Source of the DNA: an uncultured delta proteobacterium
GTDB taxonomy: Bacteria; Desulfobacterota; RBG-13-43-22
Length of the DNA stretch: 64,000 nt
Direction: 5' to 3'
NCBI GenBank assembly: GCA_963746605.1
Contig: CAVVCH010000061.1
Span: 134,441 to 198,440, forward strand
The notes under the pieces were generated by a model. That model was not told the origin of the DNA. It saw nothing but the letters and a program-made list of their open reading frames with translations, and ran no database searches. Position 1 is the first letter of the stretch, and every line of letters starts with the position of its first letter. The translations under genes and the position numbers were made by a program. Shown here in pieces: positions 1 to 9,175 of the stretch.

Positions 1-1
1 A

Positions 2-175
2 ATTGACCCGGGATCGGGGATCGATTATGCCAATATCGGGTCGAATCTGCGGGAGTTGGGACATATTCAGGAGGCCCTCCACTGTTACCGGATCGCCCTG
101 GAACTGGACCCGACCATTGATTTTGCCCGAACGAATATTGAACGGCTATCGGCCCAATTGGAGAAGCAAAACTGA
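2..175 (+). CDS. TPR-repeat protein, C-terminal fragment (5' end outside the window). The real frame is +2; the 3..203 ORF in the track is the wrong frame.
   Basis: Frame-2 translation IDPGSGIDYANIGSNLRELGHIQEALHCYRIALELDPTIDFARTNIERL... has TPR-like A/L/Y spacing and ends at TGA 173-175. Confidence 0.45.
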   Translation: MDPGSGIDYANIGSNLRELGHIQEALHCYRIALELDPTIDFARTNIERLSAQLEKQN

Positions 176-358
176 CGGACTCGCAAAGAGTCCGTCGAGA
201 TAGCCCGAGCGCGATCTATAGCGCCGGGCTGGGGTGGGGGTGGCGCGATTTGAATTCACTTCAAATGGCGGGGAGGCGAAGCGCTCCCCGCCGAGCAGAA
301 AGTCGTTACTTCGACTTTTTGCGAGGTTATCAAAACTGACTCAGGAGCTCTCAAAGGT

Positions 359-1048
359 ATGTTTGATTATCTATCGGTCTTTGAAAAATATGAATCCCTG
401 GTTCAGGAGGTGGACAGGGCCGTCGGCCGGGTTCAAGAGGCCCATTCGGATCGGATCCGCTGCCGCCAAGGTTGCTCGGACTGCTGTTCCGCAGTATTCG
501 ACCTGACCCTGGTCGAAGCCTTTTATTTAAACGCCCATTTTCACTGGGAATTATCCGAGGAAGGGCGTCTTTCCATCACCACGCGGGCGGAGACGGCCGA
601 CCGGCAGTTTTATCAAATCAAACACCGGCTGCACCGGATGCGGCTGCGGGAGGGAAAAACAGATCAAGAATTGCTTTGGTACCTGGCGGAACAACGGGTC
701 CGCTGCCCTCTGCTGAACGCCTCGGAAGGCTGTGATCTCTATGCCTTCCGGCCGATCACCTGCCGGGTATATGGGATTCCCACGGCCATCCAGGGGGAAC
801 CCCACATTTGCGAGTTGTCAGGGTTTGAATCCGGCCGGGCTTATCCTACGGTCCATCTGGACCGGATCAACGACCGGCTTTTTTCACTCTCCCGTTTTTT
901 GTTGGGAGAAGCCGGGATTGCCGACCCCGACCAGAAATTGAACGGGCTGGTGGTTCCGGTTTCCGAGGCCTTGATGACCGAATATCATGACGACTATTTT
1001 CGTCTTTTAGCTAAAAGGAGTCTGCAGGATGCCATTGTTAACTCTTGA
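359..1048 (+). CDS. YkgJ-family (UPF0153) putative Fe-S/zinc-chelating protein
   Basis: CRQGCSDCC (CxxCxxCC) motif at the N-terminus and a second Cys pair (CPLLNASEGCDLY...C) are typical of the PF03692 family. 229-aa ORF. Confidence 0.6.
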   Translation: MFDYLSVFEKYESLVQEVDRAVGRVQEAHSDRIRCRQGCSDCCSAVFDLTLVEAFYLNAHFHWELSEEGRLSITTRAETADRQFYQIKHRLHRMRLREGKTDQELLWYLAEQRVRCPLLNASEGCDLYAFRPITCRVYGIPTAIQGEPHICELSGFESGRAYPTVHLDRINDRLFSLSRFLLGEAGIADPDQKLNGLVVPVSEALMTEYHDDYFRLLAKRSLQDAIVNS

Positions 1049-1373
1049 ATTGGAGGCAAGGAAGAAAGCCATTTTCGATCAGATGTCGCCCCGCCAGCAA
1101 AAATGGGTTTTGAAGAAGGGTTATGAATGCTGGGATCCTTTTGTCGAACCCAACGATCCCATCGACCTGCGCAAGGGTAAAATGAACGCCACGGCCACGG
1201 AGTTGACCAAGGCTTTTTTAGTCACCTGTCCGCAGGGGGGGTATAGCAATTCTTTCGGCCAGGGGGTTTGGGAGATCTGTTTGGGGTTGGTCAATGACGA
1301 TGAAAAGTACCGCGGGATGTTCGAGTTTTCCGCCTGGTATGCGCAGCAATTAAAGTCCCGGGACTTAAAATGA
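1029..1373 (+). CDS. hypothetical protein
   Basis: 114-aa ORF with coding-like composition, overlapping the upstream gene by 20 nt. No recognisable motif. Confidence 0.4.
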   Translation: MPLLTLELEARKKAIFDQMSPRQQKWVLKKGYECWDPFVEPNDPIDLRKGKMNATATELTKAFLVTCPQGGYSNSFGQGVWEICLGLVNDDEKYRGMFEFSAWYAQQLKSRDLK

Positions 1374-1478
1374 ACGCGCCGAAGGATCGTCCCCGGGACG
1401 AGGGGGAGTAATGCCTGGCCCAGCCCAGGCGGGATGCCTCGTTGAAAGCCGCTTTTAGACTTTTGACGGGGATAGCCC

Positions 1479-1838
1479 TTAGAGGAGTTTGATAAAAATA
1501 TAGGCCCCCCGCCCGGTCTTATAGGTCCATTTCCCGCCCAGGACCCGATGCTCGAAAGGGTTATAGCCTTCAAGGTGCTTGATCAAATAGTCTTGGTCCG
1601 CTTCCAGGGACAGGGCTTTGTCCCAGTCGTCCCGGCTGGCTAAGACCAGGCCCTCCATCAGGGCCTCGCCCAGATTGCTCCCCGTAGCATCATAAACCCC
1701 GATGGCTTCACAGGAGCAGGTCCATTTAAAAAAGTCGCCCTCATTCCTGGATAGTTTGGCCGGTGGACGACCGAAGGCTCGCTGACAGAAAGGACATCGG
1801 GGAATCTCGGATTCCCGACGCCTGAATTGTTGAATCAT
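1479..1838 (-). CDS. hypothetical protein with a Cys-rich N-terminus (CPFC...CSC)
   Basis: ORF 1479..1877 read from the internal Met MIQQFRRRESEIPRCPFCQ. Possible zinc-ribbon-like start; no family assigned. Confidence 0.4.
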   Translation of the reverse strand: MIQQFRRRESEIPRCPFCQRAFGRPPAKLSRNEGDFFKWTCSCEAIGVYDATGSNLGEALMEGLVLASRDDWDKALSLEADQDYLIKHLEGYNPFEHRVLGGKWTYKTGRGAYIFIKLL

Positions 1839-1934
1839 TGTTTTCCTTCTTTGTGTTTTTCGCTTATATTGGTACAATAAGAACCGGCTCCGGTCTTGTC
1901 AATCCGCTCCGGAGGCCACAGAAAGGATAGCATT

Positions 1935-2579
1935 ATGAACAAACCCCTGGTCCTGACCCGGACCCAAAACACGGATGAATATATCGAGGAACTCAAGCTC
2001 GCCCTGGCCAAGAATATGGACTGTGGAACCACCCATTACAACCTGGCGGTGGCCCTGGTCAGCAAAGGTTTGTGGGAGGAAGCCAAGGGAGAATTCCTGG
2101 CCGCCATTCAAAGCAGCCCCTCCCTGGCCGAGGCCTACGTGGATCTAGGTGGTCTTTATTTCCAACGGGGCGACGTGGAGAACTGCATCCGCCTTAATCT
2201 CGAAGCCATCAAGGTTCGGCCCAAGTTTTCTGTTCCCTACGGAAACCTGGGCTTCGCCTACCTGCAACAAGGGGACATCGATGCGGCCATCGATATCCTG
2301 GAAAAAGCGGTGGAAATCAACTCCCAATTTGTCCAGGCCCTGACCACCCTGGCCAGCGCTTACTTCATGAAAGGGCGGGTGGACGACAGCATCGCCACCT
2401 CTTTGAAGGCCCTGGAACTGGCGCCCCTTTTTGGGGTCGCCCATAACAACTTGGCCTTGGGCTACCTGGAAAAGGGGGAACACCGGAAAGCCATCCAGCA
2501 CCTCGACCAGGCGGCGGCCAATGGGTTCGCCGTGGATCCCGAGTTCCTCCGGGAGTTGGAACCGTATCGGGAACCCTAA
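1935..2579 (+). CDS. tetratricopeptide (TPR) repeat protein
   Basis: Repeated ~34-aa units with conserved A/Y/L/G pattern (AEAYVDLGGLYFQRGD, YGNLGFAYLQQGD, AHNNLALGYLEKGE). Start taken at MNKPLVL. Confidence 0.7.
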   Translation: MNKPLVLTRTQNTDEYIEELKLALAKNMDCGTTHYNLAVALVSKGLWEEAKGEFLAAIQSSPSLAEAYVDLGGLYFQRGDVENCIRLNLEAIKVRPKFSVPYGNLGFAYLQQGDIDAAIDILEKAVEINSQFVQALTTLASAYFMKGRVDDSIATSLKALELAPLFGVAHNNLALGYLEKGEHRKAIQHLDQAAANGFAVDPEFLRELEPYREP

Positions 2580-2690
2580 TACGAAAATATCCTCATGTCA
2601 TCCCGTTAATAATTAATAATTAGCAATTGATTATTGATTATTATTAATTAGTTGCCTTTTCGTAAGCTGAAGGCATTAAACTCAGCCCGG

Positions 2691-2716
2691 TGTAGGGGAG
2701 GGGTTTATCCCCTCCG
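2691..2716 (+). terminator. GC-rich hairpin (GGAGGGG-TTTAT-CCCCTCC) downstream of the TPR gene. No U-tract follows, so it may be only a structural element.
   Basis: 7-bp perfect G/C stem read directly from the sequence. Confidence 0.25.
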
Positions 2717-2860
2717 CACCCAGACTGGAATAACACGAAATCAGAATAGCTTCTTGTTCAGCCTGGAGTTTTGTTCTTGATTCGAGCTGGGCGTCCAATG
2801 TTCGACGTTCATTTTCAAGCATCAAGGGCACTTCGTGACGCGCAGAGGAACTGACTGCAT

Positions 2861-4039
2861 TTGCCTTATTCTCCTCCCATCCGCTTTCTCAGGTCATCCT
2901 TATTAGGAGAACATCCGTTCTCGGAACTTGATCCGGCGGCGACCATCCCTCTGGAGCGCCAGGGAGCCGAAAGGGGCCCGGGATTCCCCTTAGTGGCCTA
3001 TTTTCAGGCTATTCAGCAGGTTATCGAAAAAGAAGGCTATAAGAACCTGCTGGCCGCCCTCCAAATCCGGCTGGACCGCTCGGTCAGCCTGGATGAAATC
3101 AGAAAAATCAATGTTTTTTCCGAAAAGCACGGCAGCGACTATCACCCGGCCAAGATCGAGGTTTGGCTCCCCGACCGAGTCATTCCCTTTGCCGCGAATG
3201 TGGCCCTCACCGACAGGGGCAGGTTCGTTGTGTCACATGAATTTAGTCTATTAAGTGATCTCAATCATAAAGTTGGCCCCACCTATCTCCCCCAAGCCTA
3301 TTTTCTGGAACAATTGGAACCTGATTCCAACGGTTGGTCAAGTTCCCCCTTGCTGATGTACCTGGCGGATTGGCTGGAAGGGTTTTATGAATTTCATCTT
3401 TCCGTCGATCCGGCCGATGGCCGGCAAAGAATCGTTCTGTGGGACAATCCCCTCCATGACCACTACCTGGCGGAGGCCATGGTACCCCCCATTTATAAAG
3501 AAATAGCCAGAATTTTAACCGGTTATTACGACCTGGCGACCTTTGCCCAAATCCATCCCTGGCATCTGGGAGCCGGAGATTTTATCACCCGCATCGAAAA
3601 TGACCGGGTAGCGGTCCGCCTGGTGGCCGTCCGGCAGTACGGGCCATTAATCGGCCCTGAAGACCTGCCCTGGGAGGAGGCCCTGCTCTTTTTTTTGTTG
3701 AATCTGACGCTGCGGATCCGGTTGGATCGGCTGGACGGGATAGGGGAGATCGCCTGGGCGGATGAGCGGTGTCTACGTTCTGCTATGGAGGGTTTTTCCC
3801 TGGCCCTGCAGGAAAAAGCAGAAGTCTATGAATTCGCGGGGGATTATCCCCAGCGTTTCCGGAAGTTCTTGTGGTCATTGTCCTTAGAGGACCTGAAAGA
3901 GCGGTTCGCCGCCATCGTGGGGGCCTATGATCCGTCGGCCCCGGATTTGCCGATTATCGAAAAAAATCTCGACCAGCACCTCGAAGCTGTTTTCAGCCAG
4001 GAGTTCTTCCAGAAAACAAGGATCCCCTCCACCCGCTAA
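2861..4039 (+). CDS. hypothetical protein (start uncertain) immediately upstream of dsrAB
   Basis: 392-aa ORF with uniform coding signal and no recognisable motifs. The true start may be the GTG near 2993. Confidence 0.5.
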   Translation: MPYSPPIRFLRSSLLGEHPFSELDPAATIPLERQGAERGPGFPLVAYFQAIQQVIEKEGYKNLLAALQIRLDRSVSLDEIRKINVFSEKHGSDYHPAKIEVWLPDRVIPFAANVALTDRGRFVVSHEFSLLSDLNHKVGPTYLPQAYFLEQLEPDSNGWSSSPLLMYLADWLEGFYEFHLSVDPADGRQRIVLWDNPLHDHYLAEAMVPPIYKEIARILTGYYDLATFAQIHPWHLGAGDFITRIENDRVAVRLVAVRQYGPLIGPEDLPWEEALLFFLLNLTLRIRLDRLDGIGEIAWADERCLRSAMEGFSLALQEKAEVYEFAGDYPQRFRKFLWSLSLEDLKERFAAIVGAYDPSAPDLPIIEKNLDQHLEAVFSQEFFQKTRIPSTR

Positions 4040-4102
4040 AATCCCGCCCTTTTCCGGTTCTCGTCAAATCGGGAAACTCGCCCTTTTGGGCCAGTTTTTT
4101 TG

Positions 4103-4132
4103 TTGACAAAAAGGAAGATATCGGACTATAGA
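4103..4132 (+). promoter_or_regulatory. putative sigma70-like promoter for dsrAB (TTGACA, 17-18 nt spacer, TATAGA), followed by a ~230-nt AT-rich leader
   Basis: TTGACA at 4103-4108 and TATAGA at 4127-4132. A long 5'UTR is typical for dsrAB. Confidence 0.3.
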
Positions 4133-4369
4133 AGGCAGTTATATTTAAATGGCTAAATTCTTTTTCTTTTTTTGTTCCCCTTTTTCCGAATAGCAGTCGC
4201 TGGTGATTCTATATGTTTTGGATATCATGTGAAAAAGAAGACAAACTCGTCAAGGGAACAAGCAAAAATTCCGAGAGGAGGTGAACGGTTTTCTTTTCCA
4301 TCTAAAAGGTAAGACAGTCTTTCCTTCATATAAAATTGAAATAAAACCAAAAAAAGGGAGGTTTAACGA

Positions 4370-5681
4370 ATGAAACACAAAACACCCCTGCTGGATCAGT
4401 TAGAAAGCGGGCCCTGGCCAAGCTTTGTTTCGGACATCAAGCGGGAGGCCGAATCGCGGGCCAAGAACGAAAAAGGTGTGGATTTCCAGATCCCGGTCGA
4501 GGTTTGTGATGACATTCTGGGGGTGATGGAACTGACCTATGAACAAAAACGGACCCATTGGAAACACGGCGGAATCGTGGGTGTTTTCGGGTACGGCGGC
4601 GGGGTCATCGGCCGTTATTGCGACCAGCCGGAAATGTTTCCCGGCGTGGCCCATTTCCACACCATCCGGGTCAATCAACCGGGCGGGAAATATTATACCA
4701 CCGAATTCCTGAAGAAATTGTGTGATCTTTGGGATAAAAGGGGCAGCGGGCTGACCAACATGCACGGCTCCACCGGTGACATCATCCTCTTAGGGACCTA
4801 TACGCCACCAACTGGAAGAGGTTTTTTATGAGTTGACCCATGACTTCAACCAGGACCTGGGCGGGTCGGGCTCCAACCTGCGGACGCCTGCGGATTGCTT
4901 AGGCATGTCCCGCTGCGAATATGCCTGCTACGATACCATGGCCTTATGTTATGATCTGACCAATGAATACCAGGACTTCCTCCATCGGCCGGCCTTCCCT
5001 TACAAATTCAAATTCAAATTCGACGGCTGCCCCAACTGCTGTGTGGCTTCCATCGCTCGATCCGACATGTCTTTTATAGGAACGTGGCGGGATGACATCA
5101 AGGTCGACCAGGAAGCTGTCAAGGCCTATGTGGGCGGGGAGATTCCGGCCAATGCGGGGGCCTTCAAGGGAAGGGACTGGGGGGCTTTCGATATCAACGC
5201 CGAGGTCATCGACCTCTGCCCCACCAAATGCATGTCCTGGGACGGGAAGAAGCTGGGGATCTATACCCCGGAATGCACCCGCTGCATGCACTGCATCAAC
5301 GTCATGCCCAAGGCCCTGCGGGTGGGTGACGACCGCGGCGTGTCCATCCTGTTGGGCGCTAAAGCCCCTATTCTCGATGGCGCCCAGATGGGTTCCCTGG
5401 TGGTTCCTTTCATGAAAGTGGAGCCGCCCTATACGGAAATAAAAGAATTTATTGAGAAGGTCTGGGATTACTGGATGGAAGAAGGGAAAAACCGGGAACG
5501 CCTGGGCGAACTGATGAAACGTCAGGGTTTCCAGAAACTCTTGGAAGCCACCGGTCTGGAACCGATTCCGCAAATGGTCAAGGAACCCCGGACCAATCCC
5601 TATATTTTCTGGCGGGCGGATGAAGTTCCCGGCGGATTTGAACGCGACATCAAAGAATATCGCAAGCACCATCTGCGTTAG
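4370..5681 (+). pseudogene. dsrA: dissimilatory sulfite reductase alpha subunit DsrA, split by an apparent +1 frameshift near 4806-4811 into ORFs 4370..4831 and 4833..5681. This may be a sequencing artefact.
   Basis: N-terminus [56 protein letters not shown] and siroheme/Fe-S Cys motifs are hallmark DsrA. The 153+282 aa total equals normal DsrA length. Removing one C from ccaccaact restores ...[20 protein letters not shown]... Confidence 0.85.
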
Positions 5682-5694
5682 GAGGTGAGCACTC

Positions 5695-6837
5695 ATGCCA
5701 TACGATCCAAAAGAACCTTTAAAAGACAGAATCACCGACCTGGGACCGAGACATTACGAGGAGTTTCTTCCTCCGGTCATTAAAAACAACTACGGAAAAT
5801 GGGCCTACCATGAAATTCTGGAGCCCGGTATACTGGTGCACGTGGCTGAAAACGGTGACAAGGTTTTCACCGTTCGCGTCGGCGGTGCCCGGCTGATGAG
5901 CATCTCCCATATCCGGGAGCTCTGCGAAGTAGCCGACATACACTGCGACGGCCATCTGCGCTTCACCACCCGGAACAACATCGAGTTCATGGTGGATGAC
6001 CTGGCCAAGGTCGAACCCCTGAAGAAAGACCTGCTCGGTCGCAAACAGGCCGGCGGGGGCTTCAAGTTCCCTATCGGCGGGACTGGCGCCGGGATCACCA
6101 ATATCGTTCACACCCAGGGCTGGATCCATTGCCACACTCCGGCTACCGACGCCTCCGGCGTCGTCAAGGCGGTCATGGACGAATTGTTCGACGAATTCAC
6201 CAGCATGCGCATGCCGGCCCAGGTGCGGATTTCCCTGGCCTGCTGTCTCAATATGTGCGGCGCCGTGCACTGCTCGGACATCGCTATTTTGGGCTATCAT
6301 CGCAAACCGCCCATGGTCGATTGGGAAGTAATCGACAAGGTCTGTGAGATTCCTTTGGCCATCGCCGCCTGTCCGACGGCCGCCATTAAACCGGGCAAGT
6401 ACACCCGGGATGACGGGACCACGGCCCAGGGCGTCCAGGTGAATGCGGACCGCTGCATGTTTTGCGGCAACTGCTACACCATGTGCCCGGCCCTGCCCCT
6501 GGCCGACGACGTGGGCGACGGCATCGTGATCATGGCCGGCGGCAAAGTCTCCAACCGGATCAACCCGCCCAAGTTCTCCAAGGTGGTGGTGGCCTTTTTG
6601 CCCAATACCCCGCCCCGCTGGAAAGAAACCTCCGATTGCGTCAAGAACCTGGTGGAAGTATACGCCAAGGACGCCCGGAAATACGAGCGGGTGGGCGATT
6701 GGGCCGAGCGGATCGGGTGGGAGCGCTTCTTCGAGAAGACCGGCCTGCCTTTTACGCATCACCTGATCGACGACTTCCGTGATCCGGCCTATTATACGTG
6801 GCGACAGACCACGCAATATCGTTTTACTAATTCCTAA
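5695..6837 (+). CDS. dsrB: dissimilatory sulfite reductase beta subunit DsrB
   Basis: 380 aa with Cys clusters ([29 protein letters not shown]) typical of DsrB. Strong RBS GGAGGTG. Position directly after dsrA. Confidence 0.95.
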   Translation: MPYDPKEPLKDRITDLGPRHYEEFLPPVIKNNYGKWAYHEILEPGILVHVAENGDKVFTVRVGGARLMSISHIRELCEVADIHCDGHLRFTTRNNIEFMVDDLAKVEPLKKDLLGRKQAGGGFKFPIGGTGAGITNIVHTQGWIHCHTPATDASGVVKAVMDELFDEFTSMRMPAQVRISLACCLNMCGAVHCSDIAILGYHRKPPMVDWEVIDKVCEIPLAIAACPTAAIKPGKYTRDDGTTAQGVQVNADRCMFCGNCYTMCPALPLADDVGDGIVIMAGGKVSNRINPPKFSKVVVAFLPNTPPRWKETSDCVKNLVEVYAKDARKYERVGDWAERIGWERFFEKTGLPFTHHLIDDFRDPAYYTWRQTTQYRFTNS

Positions 6838-6856
6838 ACCAACCCCTTACCTATTT

Positions 6857-6899
6857 TCCCCTCCTCCTTCCCCCCGCCGGGGAATGGAGGAGGAGGGGA
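6857..6899 (+). terminator. strong GC hairpin (TCCCCTCCTCCTTCC...GGAGGAGGGGA) between dsrB and dsrD; no U-tract, so possibly an mRNA-stabilising or attenuating stem
   Basis: 11-bp perfect inverted repeat with an extension, read directly from the sequence. Confidence 0.3.
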
Positions 6900-6962
6900 A
6901 AGACAGCCATCGGAGAGCGCGTCTCATTCCATAGGGCTGAACACCAAGAAACGAGGGAAATC

Positions 6963-7199
6963 ATGGACGACGCCGAAGCCAAGAAATTTATCGTGGCGGA
7001 ACTGGAGAAAAAGAAGGGCAAGTCGAAATTCTATCTGAAGGATTTTTATGCTATGGTGCCCGACCGAAAAGCCAGGGAGGTGAACAAACTGGTCAACAAT
7101 ATGGTGCAGGAAGGGATTCTGGAGTACTGGTCCAGCGGCAGCACCACCATGTATGGGATCAAGGGCGCCGGCAAACAGCAGTCCGCCGAAGGGGAGTAA
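6963..7199 (+). CDS. dsrD: DsrD, the small winged-helix protein of dsr operons
   Basis: 78 aa, SKFYLKDFYAMVPDRKAREVNKLVNNMVQEGILEYWSSGSTTMYGIKG matches the conserved DsrD core. It sits after dsrB. Confidence 0.85.
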   Translation: MDDAEAKKFIVAELEKKKGKSKFYLKDFYAMVPDRKAREVNKLVNNMVQEGILEYWSSGSTTMYGIKGAGKQQSAEGE

Positions 7200-7255
7200 T
7201 CGGCTCTTTCTGAATACCTGGAATCCGTTGATCGGTTTTTTTTGCAGTTAACGCA

Positions 7256-8662
7256 ATGAATTCGCCCCGATTGGTGATGGCCGCCCTCCGCGGTGGAGCC
7301 GGGAAGACCGTGCTTACCATGGGCCTCCTGGCCGCCTGGCACGATCGGGGGATTAAGGTGGTACCCTTTAAGAAGGGTCCGGATTATATCGACGCCGGAT
7401 GGCTGGCCAAAGCGGCCGGACACCCCTGCTATAATCTGGACCCTTTTTTAATGGGGAAAAAGACCCTGCTGTCATCGTTCAAGAAAAGGTTCCTTGAGGG
7501 GGACCTGGCCTTGATTGAGGGCAACCGGGGAATCTTTGATGGGATCGATGCCCAGGGGACCTACAGCACCGCCCAGTTGGCCAAGTGGCTCCGGGTTCCG
7601 GTGGTCCTGATCCTCGACTGCACCAAGGCCACCCGGACCGTGGCGGCTATGGTTCTAGGTTGCCTGGCCTTTGATCCCGACCTGCCCCTAAAGGGGCTGA
7701 TTCTAAACCACATCGTTCGCAGTCGTCACGAGGCGGTTATCCGAAAGACCATCGAGCAGACCTGTGACCTGCCCATCCTGGGGGTGATTCCTCGGATGGG
7801 CGCCGGGCGTCTGCCCGAACGGCATCTGGGTCTGGTGCCTTTTCAGGAGCACCCCGAAGTGGAGCAAACCGTCCGCTTCACCCGGGAGATGGCTGAAAAG
7901 TACCTGGATTTGGCCGGACTCCAGGCCCTGGCCGGCCAGGCCCCGCCGCTGCCGGGGGGGGTGCCCCTTCCGACCGCTAAGGATAAGGGGAGGACGAAAA
8001 GACGTCCCCGGGTTGGAGTGATCCAGGATACGGCGTTTCAGTTCTATTACCCGGAGAACCTGGAAGCTCTGGAAGCCGCCGGGGCCGAGCTGGTTTTTCT
8101 GAATGCCCTTTCCGGGCAATTCCCCGGGAACCTGGAGGCCCTGTACATCGGCGGCGGTTTTCCGGAAACCCAGGCCGCCGACCTTTCCCAAAACAAGGGT
8201 TTTCGAAAAGGCCTGGCCGAGGCCATTGAGGCCGGTCTTCCGGTTTATGCCGAGTGCGGCGGTTTGATGTACCTGGGAAAAACCCTGATTTACCGGGGTG
8301 ACGCCTACCCCATGGTGGGCGTTTTTCCGTTTACCTTTTCACTGGAAAGGAAACCGCAAGGGCACGGCTACACCCGGATCAAGGTGGTCGAAGCCAATCC
8401 CTACTTCCCGCTGGGGACTGTCTTAAAGGGGCATGAATTCCACTATTCCCGGGTGATCGAGGGTGATTTGGAGGTCTGGAAAATGGCTTTTCAGATGAAC
8501 AAGGGGGAAGGATTGGATGGCCGGCGGGATGGCTTGATCTACAAAAATACCCTGGCCACCTATACCCATCTTCATGCCCTGGGAAGCCCGGAATGGGCTC
8601 GGGGTCTGGTTGCCAGGGCCGGGGGGCGCCCGGTTGGAAAAAGTCCTGCGGCCCTGGAATAA
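7256..8662 (+). CDS. dsrN: DsrN, a cobyrinic acid a,c-diamide synthase (CbiA/CobB) family amidase (siroheme amidation)
   Basis: N-terminal P-loop AAxxGAGKT, a CobQ/CbiA-type glutamine amidotransferase domain at the C-terminus (YAECGGLMYLG), and position after dsrD. Confidence 0.8.
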   Translation: MNSPRLVMAALRGGAGKTVLTMGLLAAWHDRGIKVVPFKKGPDYIDAGWLAKAAGHPCYNLDPFLMGKKTLLSSFKKRFLEGDLALIEGNRGIFDGIDAQGTYSTAQLAKWLRVPVVLILDCTKATRTVAAMVLGCLAFDPDLPLKGLILNHIVRSRHEAVIRKTIEQTCDLPILGVIPRMGAGRLPERHLGLVPFQEHPEVEQTVRFTREMAEKYLDLAGLQALAGQAPPLPGGVPLPTAKDKGRTKRRPRVGVIQDTAFQFYYPENLEALEAAGAELVFLNALSGQFPGNLEALYIGGGFPETQAADLSQNKGFRKGLAEAIEAGLPVYAECGGLMYLGKTLIYRGDAYPMVGVFPFTFSLERKPQGHGYTRIKVVEANPYFPLGTVLKGHEFHYSRVIEGDLEVWKMAFQMNKGEGLDGRRDGLIYKNTLATYTHLHALGSPEWARGLVARAGGRPVGKSPAALE

Positions 8663-8774
8663 GCATAAAATTCCTTGAAAAATTGTGGATTTTCCCTTGA
8701 CATTTTATTTAAAATAAGTCATGTATGGGCCACAAAACTTATTAACCATTAACATTATTGAGGAGGATGAAGGC

Positions 8775-9092
8775 ATGGCAACAATTGCATTTAAAGGACA
8801 TGACTTTAGTGTAGATGAAGACGGATTCATCGACGATTTCAATAGCTGGAACCGTGACTGGGTGGATTATGTAAAGGAATCCGAGGGGATCAAAGAACTG
8901 ACCGAAGAACACTGGAAGATCATCAATATCCTCCAGGATTATTACAAGAAAAATGGGATCGCCCCCATGGTTCGAATCCTTTCCAAGGTGACCGGATTCA
9001 AACTGAAATACATCTATGAACTGTTTCCTTCCGGACCGGGCAAAGGGGCCTGTAAGATGGCGGGGCTGCCCAAGCCTACCGGTTGCGTTTAA
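8775..9092 (+). CDS. dsrC: DsrC (TusE-like sulfur-transfer protein)
   Basis: C-terminal CKMAGLPKPTGCV penultimate-Cys arm is diagnostic of DsrC. Strong RBS GAGGAGGATGAAGGC before ATG 8775. 105 aa. Confidence 0.9.
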   Translation: MATIAFKGHDFSVDEDGFIDDFNSWNRDWVDYVKESEGIKELTEEHWKIINILQDYYKKNGIAPMVRILSKVTGFKLKYIYELFPSGPGKGACKMAGLPKPTGCV

Positions 9093-9104
9093 ACATTAGA
9101 ATCA

Positions 9105-9169
9105 CGGGGCAGGTGACGAGTAGCGGTTATCATACAAGGCTTTGAATTTCTGCCCCGGTACTCGTCACC
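9105..9169 (+). promoter_or_regulatory. structured dsrC-dsrT intergenic element with two crossing inverted repeats (CGGGGCAG/CTGCCCCG and GGTGACGAGTA/TACTCGTCACC)
   Basis: Segments A-B ... A'-B' are read directly. The two possible stems are mutually exclusive, which would suit an attenuator or processing site. Confidence 0.3.
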
Positions 9170-9175
9170 CCGCCC

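Noticed and set aside
3-203. ORF 3..203 (66 aa) from the six-frame track
   Set aside because: It is the wrong frame of the TPR gene fragment. Frame +2 gives a clean TPR-like C-terminus ending at 173-175.
234-805. ORFs 234..506, 472..735 (+) and 551..805 (-) overlapping the YkgJ-family gene
   Set aside because: Alternative-frame or antisense ORFs typical of high-GC DNA. They have no motifs and are fully overlapped by a gene with a recognisable CxxCxxCC domain.
1387-1430. Two small hairpins between the convergent genes at 1029..1373 and 1479..1838 as terminators
   Set aside because: The stems are short (6 bp) and there is no U-tract on either strand.
4797-4835. Programmed ribosomal frameshift in dsrA
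   Set aside because: No slippery heptamer or downstream stimulatory structure. A simple 1-nt indel explains the two ORFs.
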